Assembly (NCBI GenBank): GCA_000999025.1
Contig: LCFM01000009.1
Span: 1-56,441, forward strand
DNA from: Parcubacteria group bacterium GW2011_GWA2_43_13
GTDB lineage: Bacteria; Patescibacteriota; Patescibacteriia; UBA9629; GWA2-43-13
Reading direction: 5' to 3'
Length of the DNA: 56,441 bases
Program-made: the position numbers and the translations under genes
Shown here: piece after piece, positions 25,809 through 35,927 of the stretch
How positions within the stretch are numbered: the stretch's first letter is position 1
Layout: each line of letters starts with the position of its first letter
The notes under the pieces: model-generated
The model's input: the letters and a program-made list of their open reading frames with translations, nothing else
Databases searched by the model: none
What the model was told of the DNA's origin: nothing

Positions 25809-26558
25809 ATGTCGCCTACATACATCATCACCGCCGCGGGTGGAAACGCAACAGCCATCGTCGTACTCGAACAACCGATGACTCGCGCAGAATACGAGAC
25901 CCGTGGAAAACAAGTCATGTCGCAAACCGAAACCTTGAGGGTTGAACAGGCAGGGTTTCTTATCCCATCCGAAAACCGGTTTGAGATGGCTGGAGGAGAG
26001 TTCTGTGGGAACGCGGCACGTGCTGCTGCGATTCTTCTTGTGCAACAGAGTTCCGGAACAGCTTCATTTACCATGTCAGGGTTTGCAGGCGTTGTTGAAG
26101 GGACTGTGCAAGCTCTCGGCTCAAACAAGTACCAGGTTGAGTGCCGTTTCTCCGGAATGATCGCGACTGTGCAACCTGTTACGACGCGCGACCTCTCTGC
26201 GACAATGGTGGATCTGGGAGGAATCGTCCATGTCGTAGTTGATGGGATGCTTCCCACAGAGTACGAGAAGATGCACAAAACGATCACAACAGATCTTGGG
26301 CTCGCAGACCGCGACGCTGTGGGAGTTATCTGGATTGATCGCTCTAAATCCAGTGTACGCATACACCCCGTAGTGTGGGTACGTAGCGTCGACTCATTCT
26401 TCTACGAAACCTCGTGTGGCAGTGGAAGTATTGCTACTGCCGCTGTTACTGGGCTGGATACGGTTGTTCAACCAACAGGAGAAAAAATCCAAGTCGGTTT
26501 CACGAACAACTCGGTTACTCTCAAAAGCGAGATGGAGATCGTCCATGTCATGCAGTAA
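25809..26558 (+). CDS. DapF-fold (PLP-independent) epimerase/racemase-like protein
   Basis: Two Cys-containing motifs sit in the positions of the DapF catalytic cysteines: EMAGGEFCGNAARAAA and ETSCGSGSIATAA. At 249 aa it is shorter than canonical DapF. Confidence 0.55.
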   Translation: MSPTYIITAAGGNATAIVVLEQPMTRAEYETRGKQVMSQTETLRVEQAGFLIPSENRFEMAGGEFCGNAARAAAILLVQQSSGTASFTMSGFAGVVEGTVQALGSNKYQVECRFSGMIATVQPVTTRDLSATMVDLGGIVHVVVDGMLPTEYEKMHKTITTDLGLADRDAVGVIWIDRSKSSVRIHPVVWVRSVDSFFYETSCGSGSIATAAVTGLDTVVQPTGEKIQVGFTNNSVTLKSEMEIVHVMQ

Positions 26559-27093
26559 CATCACTCTTCTCGAGATTCAAGAAGAATCTCTACCGCATCA
26601 CCGGAAGGGCTTCGTTGATCTGTACAAGGAGGCGTTTGGAGAAGCCCCGTACTTCGAAACATACGATGAAGAAGATATCATCCGGGATGTCTGGAACCCA
26701 CACCTGATTGACGGGTGTATCGTCCTTGCGACCGATGACATGGAAGTTATCGGCCTGGGATGCGCCCTCTCTGTCCACAAGGCATCAGAGATACACACCT
26801 TCTTGTGCTCACTCCCCTCACTGCCGTTTCCAATCGAAACAACTGTCTACATCTCAGAGCTTGCCGTAAACAAAAAATACCGCAGACACGGTATTGGCAC
26901 ACGGCTTGTTTCGGCGATGCTTGATTGGGCACGACGTAATGGGTTTACCCACTACGTGATGCGCACAGCCAGTGAAGGGTCCAACTCAATCGGGTTATTT
27001 CGCAGATTAGGCGCCTGCGATATTCCCCAAGGGATTCAACACTTGCAGAACGTAAATTCTGCGAGTATATCGCGAGTATATCTCTATGGATAA
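26545..27093 (+). CDS. GNAT-family N-acetyltransferase
   Basis: ISELAVNKKYRRHGIGTRLVSAML is the acetyl-CoA-binding Q/RxxGxG/A motif. ATG 26545 overlaps the upstream gene's end by 14 nt. Confidence 0.8.
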   Translation: MSCSNITLLEIQEESLPHHRKGFVDLYKEAFGEAPYFETYDEEDIIRDVWNPHLIDGCIVLATDDMEVIGLGCALSVHKASEIHTFLCSLPSLPFPIETTVYISELAVNKKYRRHGIGTRLVSAMLDWARRNGFTHYVMRTASEGSNSIGLFRRLGACDIPQGIQHLQNVNSASISRVYLYG

Positions 27094-27127
27094 AACTCGC
27101 AAAAGAGGCAACGCTATGCCTCTTTTT

Positions 27128-27802
27128 TTATTTGCTTTGAAAATCTACTGCCGAATACAAAGATTTTTTATGGTTATAAAAACATGCCCACTCTTTATCA
27201 CCATATGAAAAATGCCACCATTCACCGTAAAACGGAGCAAATCCTTGAGAGCGCATCATAATAAGCAACCATTCTCTATTTTCCATCTGCGTGGGTGTTA
27301 CCCCCTTTGCATATGTTTGAATTAACTCCTCGTCTGTAAAATCCGCAATCTTTGTCCCCATATCAATATCGCCGTCAGGTGTTGTAATCGTAAGATCTAC
27401 CGCTCCACCAGTTACATGCCCTGCCACATCTGGGACCGCAATAAAATTGTGTGTATACGAGATAAGCTCATCTTCAGACATATCAGGATACTTTCCGGCA
27501 AGCGCTTTTTTTCTTCTTGTAAAATAATCTAATTGCACTTGAGGATGTCTGTATCCATACACCATACGCAACCGATACTTTTCAAAAACAGAGCCAAGAT
27601 ACTCCTGAACTTGAGCTAATTTTTTGGCAACTGTACTACGTACAAATATCCTATCTCCAACAAATGGCTTCATGTCAAACTTTTCATACTGGCATATGAT
27701 ATCAGGGCATTCTTTTGCCAAATCCACCAATTGTTCATCATTCTCGCCATTTTCTATGGAAACAAGCTGTTGATATGTAAGAATAGTCCCTTTACGCTGC
27801 AT
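27128..27802 (-). CDS. M15-family D-Ala-D-Ala dipeptidase (VanX/DdpX-like)
   Basis: The motifs are VYGYRHP, AGHVTGGAVDL (SxHxxGxAxD type) and GEWWHFSYGD. Confidence 0.8.
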   Translation of the reverse strand: MQRKGTILTYQQLVSIENGENDEQLVDLAKECPDIICQYEKFDMKPFVGDRIFVRSTVAKKLAQVQEYLGSVFEKYRLRMVYGYRHPQVQLDYFTRRKKALAGKYPDMSEDELISYTHNFIAVPDVAGHVTGGAVDLTITTPDGDIDMGTKIADFTDEELIQTYAKGVTPTQMENREWLLIMMRSQGFAPFYGEWWHFSYGDKEWACFYNHKKSLYSAVDFQSK

Positions 27803-27850
27803 AAAAATCTATACCATTAGGTTTTGTTACACGAGTACATCACAGATTGA

Positions 27851-28600
27851 TTAAGATACTTTTTTCGAAAATCCCTCAAACGCTTTTAATGCCTCAACCG
27901 GCACTAAATACACAATCGTATTCGATTGGTCAGAGGACATATCGTTAATGGACTGCAATGTCCTTAAATGCAAGGCACCTGGGGTTTGAGAAAGCATAGC
28001 GGCCGCTTTTGCCAAATTTTCCGATGCGGCTAATTCTCCTTCCGAATTGATAATGACCGCGCGCTTTTCCCGCTCTGCTTCTGCCTGCTTTGCAATCGTA
28101 CGTTGCATATTTTGCGGAAGTTGAATATCTTTCAATTCAACAGAGGTTACTTTTATCCCCCACGGATCGCTTGCTTTATCAACAATGGTTTGAATATGAT
28201 CGGATATTTGATCGCGATTTGAAAGCAACTCATCAAGCGACACTGCGCCAACCACATTCCGCATTGTTGTCTGGGACAATTGTGAAACCGCATAGTGGTA
28301 ACTTTGCACTTCAAGAATCGCCTTTGCCGCTTCAAACACATGATAATAAATAACCGCATTCACTGTAACGGTCACATTATCTTTTGTAATGGTATCTTGT
28401 GGCGGTACATCCACCACCAGGGTGCGCATATCCACTTTTTGCATGGATTGAAAAACAGGAAACACTAACCGCCAGCCCGGATCTTTGATGCCGGAAAATT
28501 TTCCCATAGTCAGCATCACACCGCGCTGATATTGATTGATTTGGCGTATACTCACAAGAATAATCGCCACAACAACAATAATGATGATAAAAATATTCAT
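27851..28600 (-). CDS. SPFH/Band-7 (stomatin/prohibitin-like) membrane protein
   Basis: An N-terminal TM helix precedes the SPFH core (VDMRTLVVDVPPQDTITKDNVTVTVNAVIYYHV) and a coiled-coil AEAEREKRA. Confidence 0.85.
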   Translation of the reverse strand: MNIFIIIIVVVAIILVSIRQINQYQRGVMLTMGKFSGIKDPGWRLVFPVFQSMQKVDMRTLVVDVPPQDTITKDNVTVTVNAVIYYHVFEAAKAILEVQSYHYAVSQLSQTTMRNVVGAVSLDELLSNRDQISDHIQTIVDKASDPWGIKVTSVELKDIQLPQNMQRTIAKQAEAEREKRAVIINSEGELAASENLAKAAAMLSQTPGALHLRTLQSINDMSSDQSNTIVYLVPVEALKAFEGFSKKVS

Positions 28601-28714
28601 AGGTAAAATAATAACGCCTCCACCTCTACTCTACGCTACGCCCCGATCTGCTGAAAGTCAATGGCTCCTCATAAGGGACTGTTTGTAAAATAAGCAAAAG
28701 AGTATACTCATATT

Positions 28715-29263
28715 ATGTCTTTTATTTACACAAAATCAGGGGATTTCGGCACCACAGGGCTTATTGGCGGAGAACGCGTCCCCAAGCACCATCTCCGTAT
28801 TCACGCGATCGGCGATATTGACGAACTCAATGCCGTATTAGGAGTTATTTTAAGTATAATAAAAAATGAAGCGCCTTCTCTTTCTGAACGCATCGAAACA
28901 ACACAACATCATCTGTTTACTGTCGGAGCTCTTTTAGCAGACCCTCAAACATCATCATATCTCACAATTAAGCCGGAATGGATATCAACACTTGAGCAAT
29001 GGATTGATGAATACAACGAAACCCTCCCGCCACTCTCCGCCTTCATCCTCCCAAACGGGACCCCAGCCGCCTCACACCTCCAATTCTCTCGATCAGTATG
29101 CCGACGCGCAGAACGGTCATTATCCGCGCTTCACCAAACCGACTCTCTCCCCCAGGAATTATTGCAATATATCAACCGACTTTCTGATTTTCTTTTTATG
29201 GCGGCGCGCTATAGCAACAGCGAACAAGGCCACCAAGAAACAGAATGGGATAAACAGAAATAA
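28715..29263 (+). CDS. PduO-type ATP:cob(I)alamin adenosyltransferase
   Basis: IYTKSGDFGTTGLIGGERVPKHHLRIHAIGDIDELNAVLG is the family's N-terminal signature. Confidence 0.85.
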   Translation: MSFIYTKSGDFGTTGLIGGERVPKHHLRIHAIGDIDELNAVLGVILSIIKNEAPSLSERIETTQHHLFTVGALLADPQTSSYLTIKPEWISTLEQWIDEYNETLPPLSAFILPNGTPAASHLQFSRSVCRRAERSLSALHQTDSLPQELLQYINRLSDFLFMAARYSNSEQGHQETEWDKQK

Positions 29264-29267
29264 TGAT

Positions 29268-29747
29268 ATGAACGAAACACCCCACAACGACATCGCCCGA
29301 CTTCCCGCTCAAACGAAAAGAATATCTGCAATCATTACAATCCTTTTCTTTTGCGCCATTACCTCCACAGTGCTTGTATCTTCGTGGATTATTACATTTC
29401 TCTTTACAAAAAATTTAAATCAAGAATCATTCACTCCGCAGGATTCACCTCCTCTGGCAATAATAAAAAACACCGGCGCATTAATTCTTTCTTCATCTTC
29501 CCCATCACTGTTCCTTTCTTCTGAAGGATCATTTGATCCTGACGGAGGACTATTGACATACGAATGGGCTATCACAGCCGGTCCGACAACTGCTCACATC
29601 ACGCCCCCTTTTATCGTGTCGCATGACGCATACTATACAGCACATACATCACTCCTTGCTTCTTCCGGAATATGGATCATAACACTTACTGTTACAGATA
29701 ATGAAAATAAAACAGTATCAGCGTCTCTTCCCATAACAGTGGAATAA
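29268..29747 (+). CDS. Membrane-anchored protein with a PKD-like segment
   Basis: A TM helix (ISAIITILFFCAITSTVLVSSWIITFLF) is followed by SFDPDGGLLTYEWAI, a PKD-type motif. The start is trimmed to ATG 29268. Confidence 0.5.
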   Translation: MNETPHNDIARLPAQTKRISAIITILFFCAITSTVLVSSWIITFLFTKNLNQESFTPQDSPPLAIIKNTGALILSSSSPSLFLSSEGSFDPDGGLLTYEWAITAGPTTAHITPPFIVSHDAYYTAHTSLLASSGIWIITLTVTDNENKTVSASLPITVE

Positions 29748-29748
29748 C

Positions 29749-30276
29749 TCACTGCTTATGTGTAATTTTCTTTCTCCACACTATCCATACTCCGGCTATA
29801 AATAAAACACCAAGAACAGCATCTAAAAAGATCACCCACCACACCCATGCGAGGTGGTTGTTTTTTTGAGCAGTAACAGTGAGCGTTATCGGCACTTTCA
29901 ATCCCGCGCCCGGTTTAAAAGATTGAAAAGAAAGTGATCGAGCGACAATAGATATATCAGTAACAAAAACACCCTCTTGCAAGGGAAGCATTTCAATCGC
30001 AATGCGTTTTTCTTGTCCGCTTTCTAATATGATATTCTTCGGTCGCACGCGAATAGCATCTTCAAAATCATCAACAAAAAAATCAAAAATCGCGGCTTCT
30101 GAAGAAGGATTCTTTACCACAAGCGTTTTATACGCAGGTTGCAATACTTGTGTCTGAACGCTCACTTCAGAAGGAATAACCGAAATCCCCAATGCAAAAA
30201 CGTGAGATGCCCGCCATACCAACACCCCTGTAACACACAATAACACGCACACGACCTTCGCATAATTCATAAACAC
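29749..30276 (-). CDS. Exported Ig-like-fold protein with a C-terminal TM anchor (hypothetical)
   Basis: It has a signal peptide, a beta-rich body and a C-terminal WVWWVIFLDAVLGVLFIAGVWIVW anchor. Confidence 0.45.
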   Translation of the reverse strand: MFMNYAKVVCVLLCVTGVLVWRASHVFALGISVIPSEVSVQTQVLQPAYKTLVVKNPSSEAAIFDFFVDDFEDAIRVRPKNIILESGQEKRIAIEMLPLQEGVFVTDISIVARSLSFQSFKPGAGLKVPITLTVTAQKNNHLAWVWWVIFLDAVLGVLFIAGVWIVWRKKITHKQ

Positions 30277-30341
30277 ACCATTCTGACATAACCATTCTCA
30301 CTGTCAACATCAGCATAAAGAAGACGCCCCATCTACAATAA

Positions 30342-31931
30342 TCAATTTCGCGCCTTTCCCCAAATAACCATTTCGCCAGTATGTGTTCCTGCGCGATTGT
30401 ATGCTGACGGAACAGAAACCCCCACATCTAACGTTTTGTGCTCATTCACTCCGAGTGATGATTGAAAATCAGCCCAGTACGCGCTATTGATTTCAAGATT
30501 TTGAACAAACAAATCCGAACCCGAAACCTGCGCGCCGATTGTTAAATCAACACCTCCTCTATTGGAAACAGGAACCTGCACACTCGTTTTTTCTCCGCGC
30601 CGCAGTGTGCCAAAAAAAGCGCTGGTGTCATCCAGTTCAATTCTCGCTTCATGCGCCACTGTACCACCTCCTCCGACTGATACTTGTTGAGGAATATCAA
30701 CTATCACATTTAAAGACACTGATGATTGCGTTGCGATAGCACCGGACACAGTAGATGAAACACTGCCAAACGCCGGCGCTCTCTCTTGCGCATCGCCATA
30801 AAACCACATCACCTTATCGCCAAACATGAGCCGATACTCTCCTGCCGCAACATCACCTTTTCTATCGTTCACCGCATACATCCACCCACGTGTCCCGCTC
30901 GCAGATTTGTTGCCGATTGCTGAAACATACTTTCCTAATGTGGTATCCACAACAACAACATCTAATCCACACTTTTTTCCGGCATCTAATACAACCTGTA
31001 ATGGCGTTGTTACTGATACCGAGGCGCTACATTCTGCAAATGAGTCAGAAACAATTTTTGCATATACAAAATCCTGTGAGTTAGATGCAATAGATGTTCC
31101 TGTTTGATTTTCTTGAGCATTGCCTGACGATGAGATGTTACTTTGCGATGGCTGTATGATATGTACGGGAATTGCATATCCTTGTTCCGCAATCACACGA
31201 AACGCGGCAGATGTTGTGGTTGTATCTTTTTCAAGATATTGCGCAAGCGTTGCTCCACCATTACTCCAACTCTGGCCTTGCGCAAACGCCGCAACCCATG
31301 ATGACGAATATATATTTGACATCGTCTGCCCATATGCAGGAAATCCACCATCACTATTTTGTTTTCGTTTTAAATACGCTACTGCGCTTGAGGTGTCACT
31401 TCCTGCGACACGCAAAAACGCCACTGCCGCAGATGTCATATCAACATCATCTCCACCGCCAACTGCGTAGCCAAAACTCCCGTTTGATTGCTGATTATTT
31501 TTAACTATTGCAAGCGCCGATTGCACTGCGCTGTCACTTACTGACTCCCCTGCTGAAATCAGCGCAAGCCCTGCAAAAATATCGTCATTGATAAGCAACG
31601 GATCGCCAATGTGATTTTGAGATACTTTTGATTTGAGCGCGTGAATTAAATCAACAGCACAAGTTCGAGGATCAATACCTGCCGCTGTCAAACCCAATAT
31701 TCTTCCACTGATATCAATAGCAGAAGATGAATCATTTACTTGAGAACATAACTCGCGAGCATTCACAGGCGTTTCGCCTAATGCGACTTGAGCCATCACA
31801 TTCCAATGGTGAAACGAGCTTTTCACGCTATCTACCAAAGCGGAATTACTGATGGCAAAAACAAAAACACCATGAACCAACACAGCAACTGCAATGAGTG
31901 AAGAGAAAAAGAGAATATGTCTTTTTTGCAT
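30342..31931 (-). CDS. Secreted protein with prenyltransferase/terpene-cyclase-like repeats and a DUF4430-like domain
   Basis: Alpha-alpha toroid repeats are visible (NNQQSNGSFGY.....DVDMTSAAVAFL and YLKRKQNSDGGFP). A DUF4430-type motif (GWMYAVNDRKGDVAAGEYRLMFGDKVMWFYG) follows. The start is trimmed to Met17. Confidence 0.6.
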   Translation of the reverse strand: MQKRHILFFSSLIAVAVLVHGVFVFAISNSALVDSVKSSFHHWNVMAQVALGETPVNARELCSQVNDSSSAIDISGRILGLTAAGIDPRTCAVDLIHALKSKVSQNHIGDPLLINDDIFAGLALISAGESVSDSAVQSALAIVKNNQQSNGSFGYAVGGGDDVDMTSAAVAFLRVAGSDTSSAVAYLKRKQNSDGGFPAYGQTMSNIYSSSWVAAFAQGQSWSNGGATLAQYLEKDTTTTSAAFRVIAEQGYAIPVHIIQPSQSNISSSGNAQENQTGTSIASNSQDFVYAKIVSDSFAECSASVSVTTPLQVVLDAGKKCGLDVVVVDTTLGKYVSAIGNKSASGTRGWMYAVNDRKGDVAAGEYRLMFGDKVMWFYGDAQERAPAFGSVSSTVSGAIATQSSVSLNVIVDIPQQVSVGGGGTVAHEARIELDDTSAFFGTLRRGEKTSVQVPVSNRGGVDLTIGAQVSGSDLFVQNLEINSAYWADFQSSLGVNEHKTLDVGVSVPSAYNRAGTHTGEMVIWGKARN

Positions 31932-31987
31932 AAAAAATCGGGGTGGGTTGTGTACACAACGTGTCGCATCGCAACCCACCGTTCACG

Positions 31988-32527
31988 TCACAGCTCTTCC
32001 CACTTGATCCCATCAAGCCGGATCGTCGGATCGAAATATTGGACGCCGACAAGCACGGCGACCCATACTATCTCGCCGACAGGAACCGGCTCATCAAGAA
32101 GACCGTCCCATGCCCGATACTCTCCCGCGCCCTTGCGGACATAGACGAGAAGATACCGAGCTGGTTGCTCGACTCGAGTGTCGAATTCGACCTCGCCAGC
32201 GAACCCGACGAGCATGTCGCCGAGCGCGGTCGGTTCGAAGATCAGCTCTACCCCATGCGTCTCGAGTTCAGAAAGGAGGGCGTAAACCGTCTTTCCCTCT
32301 TCTCCCACCTCTTGACGAATGAGAGGCAGAATCTCTGTATCGGGATCGACTCGGACGACAGCCCACACTCGCGGGGCAATCCTCTGCGGGATGATCGTTA
32401 CCCCGCGTTTGATCTGTCCCCAAGTGAGTGTCGCTGACGTGGAAGCACACACCACGCCAGCAATCGCTATCAACACACCGAAAACGATCAACCACTTCAT
32501 CCGCCTCATCGCCAATCTCCTTCCCAA
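31988..32527 (-). CDS. Hypothetical membrane-anchored protein, G+C-rich (weak DUF4430-like pattern)
   Basis: N-terminal TM helix KWLIVFGVLIAIAGVV. It is the last gene of the minus-strand run. Composition differs from its neighbours, and the start is uncertain. Confidence 0.4.
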   Translation of the reverse strand: MGRRLAMRRMKWLIVFGVLIAIAGVVCASTSATLTWGQIKRGVTIIPQRIAPRVWAVVRVDPDTEILPLIRQEVGEEGKTVYALLSELETHGVELIFEPTALGDMLVGFAGEVEFDTRVEQPARYLLVYVRKGAGEYRAWDGLLDEPVPVGEIVWVAVLVGVQYFDPTIRLDGIKWEEL

Positions 32528-33004
32528 GAGGTGGCGGAAACAAAAATCCCCCTAAGGTCGGGGGCGTGGAGAGAACATTATTCTCTTGTGAGAGAGAACA
32601 TAAGAGAGACGATGATCCTCATCGATTCCGATAAGGTATCATCTCCCATATCCTCACTCTCACATCCCCTTCCTTGTACCCGCAAGGAACCCGTTTTATC
32701 AATACGGAGGGTGGAAAACAATAAAGCGCTCGGACTTTAACCGTTGCGGTACAGTGAGGGAATTTCACCCTGCTTTCCTTTAAAATTTTCCGTTACTCAA
32801 AGAACACCTTTATCTTACATCACAGAATATTTTTAGCAATGCACAACTTATCCACATATAAAGACAGTAGCCATATTTATTGATATACTACACACCATAA
32901 AGCACGAACCTCGAAATCCGAAACAAATTTAAAAACACCTCCCCCTACCCCCTTCCCTCGACGAGCTCGGGACAAGCTCTTATAAAGGAGGGGGGGTTCT
33001 CCCT

Positions 33005-34051
33005 ATGACTATTCACGAACTTTTAAAAGCCGCGGTTGATAGCAAAGCGTCGGATCTTCATTTGGTTGTAACAAAACCACCAATCCTACGCATTGATGGT
33101 CAATTGCAAGAAACGCAATTGCCGGTTCTGAATGACAAAATTATTGCTGAACTTATTTTTAGCATGCTTTCGCCCCAGCAAAAAGAAACATTTGAACAGG
33201 AACGCGAACTTGATTTTTCCTATACGTTGGAAACTATTTCCCGCTTCCGCGTCAATCTCCATTGGGCTCAAAATACCCCTGGCCTCGTTGCCCGCGTCAT
33301 CCCTTCGGTTATCCCGTCAATGGAAGAAATCCAAATGCCACAATCAGTCCTTCACATGCTTGAAATGAAACAAGGGTTGATTATTTTAACCGGCCCAACC
33401 GGATGCGGAAAATCCACCTCCCTTGCCGCAATGATTGATTATCTGAATATAAACCACGCTCTGAATATTGTTACACTTGAAGATCCTGTTGAATTCAGTT
33501 TTCAAAATAAAAAAAGCATTATCAAACAACGCGAAGTCGGCAGTGACACAAAAAATTTCGCAGGCGCGCTCAAACGGATTCTGCGCCAAGATCCGAATGT
33601 TGTCATGGTCGGCGAAATGCGAGATTTAGAAACCATCGCCGCAACCATTACCATAGCCGAAACAGGGCATCTTGTGCTTTCAACGCTTCATACCATCAAC
33701 GCGGCGCAAACTATTGAGCGTATTATTGACGTTTTCCCTCCTCATCAACAAGCAGAAATCCGCTTCCAACTCGCAAACACGCTCAATGGCGTTATCTCCC
33801 AACGCCTTTTGCCTAAAATAGGTGGCGGAAGAATAGCGGCGCACGAGACCATGGTCAATAACCCGGCAATAGCAAACATGATACGCGAAAATAAGGTTGC
33901 TCAAATCAAAAGCGTTATCCAAACATCGCGAAATATCGGAATGGTAACCATGGAACAAGGGCTTGAAGAATTAGTCGTAAAAAATCTCATCTCTCAAGAA
34001 ACAGCTGACGCATATATCACCGGCTCAACTGTAGCGGCGATTGCATCATAA
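33005..34051 (+). CDS. pilT: Type IV pilus retraction ATPase PilT
   Basis: ASDLHL....PPILRIDG, Walker A LTGPTGCGKSTSLAAMIDYLN, and the Asp/His boxes (DPNVVMVGEMRD; GHLVLSTLHT). Confidence 0.9.
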   Translation: MTIHELLKAAVDSKASDLHLVVTKPPILRIDGQLQETQLPVLNDKIIAELIFSMLSPQQKETFEQERELDFSYTLETISRFRVNLHWAQNTPGLVARVIPSVIPSMEEIQMPQSVLHMLEMKQGLIILTGPTGCGKSTSLAAMIDYLNINHALNIVTLEDPVEFSFQNKKSIIKQREVGSDTKNFAGALKRILRQDPNVVMVGEMRDLETIAATITIAETGHLVLSTLHTINAAQTIERIIDVFPPHQQAEIRFQLANTLNGVISQRLLPKIGGGRIAAHETMVNNPAIANMIRENKVAQIKSVIQTSRNIGMVTMEQGLEELVVKNLISQETADAYITGSTVAAIAS

Positions 34052-34071
34052 CGCCAGCTCCTCACCTCTCT

Positions 34072-35010
34072 ATGATTGACACACAGATACTCCTTACCAT
34101 CCCAGCATTCGCTCACCTGCCTGAAAACGAACAAGATGCGTTATCACGCGTTTTTCAAAAAAAAACTTTCCCTATCAATGGCCGCTTATTTCAAAGCGGA
34201 GACGCGTATGAATGGGTCGGCTGGATACTCAAAGGAGCTGTCGGTATTCGCCATGCTTTTTCCGATTATAACAATGGCATTATCAGAGCCGGAGAGGTTA
34301 TAGCGGAACGCGCGTTATTATTGGATACACAATACCATAATCAAACAGCAATCGCGTTGAATGAAACAATTATCTTGCAACTCCCCATCTCTGACATGGG
34401 AAAAATAAAAAAAGATGCCCCTGACCTTTATCTTCATATTCACCACATCGCACTTGGCGATCTTTCACAACGCCTCTCGCACAGCACAAATAAACTCTTC
34501 GCCATTCACGAAACCAGCACGCTTATCAACACTCCCGATATACGTTTGCAACCATTTGGCAATCGAATACTTGATATCATCTCCTCTGTTATTGATATCA
34601 AAACAGCGCTGTTTGGCGTTTTTGAGCCGTATACCAATGAAATCACCATTGTATCGGCAAAAAATATCGCGCCAACGCCTGATCAAAAATTCATATCACT
34701 CGCTTCTGATCATTTCCTATCTCGTATACTTGAATCGAGACGCGTCACATTGATATCTTCACAAGAGATACAAAAAAATCCGACATGGTACCTTTCCCAC
34801 AACGGACTTATCGCGCCACTTTCCAATCAAAAAAACATCCGTGGCGTCATTATTCTTTCTCACAAACTTGATTCTTTTGAATTTTCAGACAACAATGTCA
34901 TTTTAATGGATATTATAGCGCCACTGGCAATCAGTAAAATTGATGATTTTTTTCGCGCGCGCGAACAGGCGGCAGAAGCAGAACACGCACAAACATCGGT
35001 CTATTTTTGA
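34072..35010 (+). CDS. Cyclic-nucleotide-binding-domain protein with a GAF-like C-terminal half
   Basis: The N-terminal half has a cNMP-binding-like pattern (FAHLPENEQDALSRVFQKKTFPINGRLFQSGD). The C-terminal half has a GAF-like pattern (LIAPLSNQKNIRGVIILSHK). Confidence 0.5.
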   Translation: MIDTQILLTIPAFAHLPENEQDALSRVFQKKTFPINGRLFQSGDAYEWVGWILKGAVGIRHAFSDYNNGIIRAGEVIAERALLLDTQYHNQTAIALNETIILQLPISDMGKIKKDAPDLYLHIHHIALGDLSQRLSHSTNKLFAIHETSTLINTPDIRLQPFGNRILDIISSVIDIKTALFGVFEPYTNEITIVSAKNIAPTPDQKFISLASDHFLSRILESRRVTLISSQEIQKNPTWYLSHNGLIAPLSNQKNIRGVIILSHKLDSFEFSDNNVILMDIIAPLAISKIDDFFRAREQAAEAEHAQTSVYF

Positions 35011-35017
35011 TCCATCA

Positions 35018-35926
35018 CTATTCCCCTCGCAATACTCTGATGCGTTCTGAAATAGGAGGATGCGTCATCCATAATCTCGCAAAGAGCGAGATTTTTTGAT
35101 CCCCGTAATCATCGTCAAGGTTATACGGAGAGCCAAACCACAAATGCGCTGTGGCATGATTCGCCCGTGGCATATCACTTTTATCATGTGATATTTTTTC
35201 AAGCGCCCGCGCCAATCCTTCTGGATACCGCGTAATCAGCGCGCCTGTTGCATCAGCTAAAAATTCACGTTTGCGCGAAATTGCAAGTTGAATCAACATC
35301 GCGATAATCGGCGAGAGAATCGCAAGGATAATTCCTATCAATAAAAAAATCGTGGCTGATTTCCCATGGTCGTCATCATCTGAACGGCCCCACCACATAC
35401 TGCGCAAAAACCAGTCAGAAAGCAGAGAAATAAACCCAACCAGCACCACAACTATTGTGGAAACCAGCATATCTTTATTCCCGATATGCGCAAGTTCATG
35501 CGCAAGCACGCCTTCAATTTCCGTCTTTTCCAATTTCTGCAACAGCCCTGTTGTTACCGCAATCACTGCGTGTTTTTCATTCCTTCCAGTTGCAAACGCA
35601 TTCGGCTGATTGCTTTCAATAACATACAGCCGAGGCATGGAGAGATTCGCGGCAATGCATAAATTTTCAAGCAAACGATACAACTCCGGCGCTGTTTTAA
35701 AATCAACTTCCCGCGCCCGATACAGCGCCAGTGCGATTTTGTCAGACGCGTAATAAGAAACAACATTCATCACAATACTGATACCAATAGCAAAAGGTAA
35801 CAATTCCGGCACCTGTAAATAATACGCAAAAAACCATCCCACACCAATCACAATGACGAAAAACGCAGATACAAGTACCCACGTCTTTCTGATATTTTTA
35901 TCTTGATGAGTATAAAGAGAAGACAT
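35018..35926 (-). CDS. htpX: Membrane zinc protease HtpX (M48)
   Basis: HELAHIGNKD (HExxH) with the four-TM HtpX layout and a C-terminal THPPISERI. Confidence 0.9.
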   Translation of the reverse strand: MSSLYTHQDKNIRKTWVLVSAFFVIVIGVGWFFAYYLQVPELLPFAIGISIVMNVVSYYASDKIALALYRAREVDFKTAPELYRLLENLCIAANLSMPRLYVIESNQPNAFATGRNEKHAVIAVTTGLLQKLEKTEIEGVLAHELAHIGNKDMLVSTIVVVLVGFISLLSDWFLRSMWWGRSDDDDHGKSATIFLLIGIILAILSPIIAMLIQLAISRKREFLADATGALITRYPEGLARALEKISHDKSDMPRANHATAHLWFGSPYNLDDDYGDQKISLFARLWMTHPPISERIRVLRGE

Positions 35927-35927
35927 A

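Noticed and set aside
32848-32856. A perfect DnaA box, TTATCCACA, as a hint of oriC.
   Set aside because: It is a single box. Only two distant 8/9 matches exist (near 22098 and 41953), with no cluster, no AT-rich unwinding element and no dnaA/dnaN nearby.
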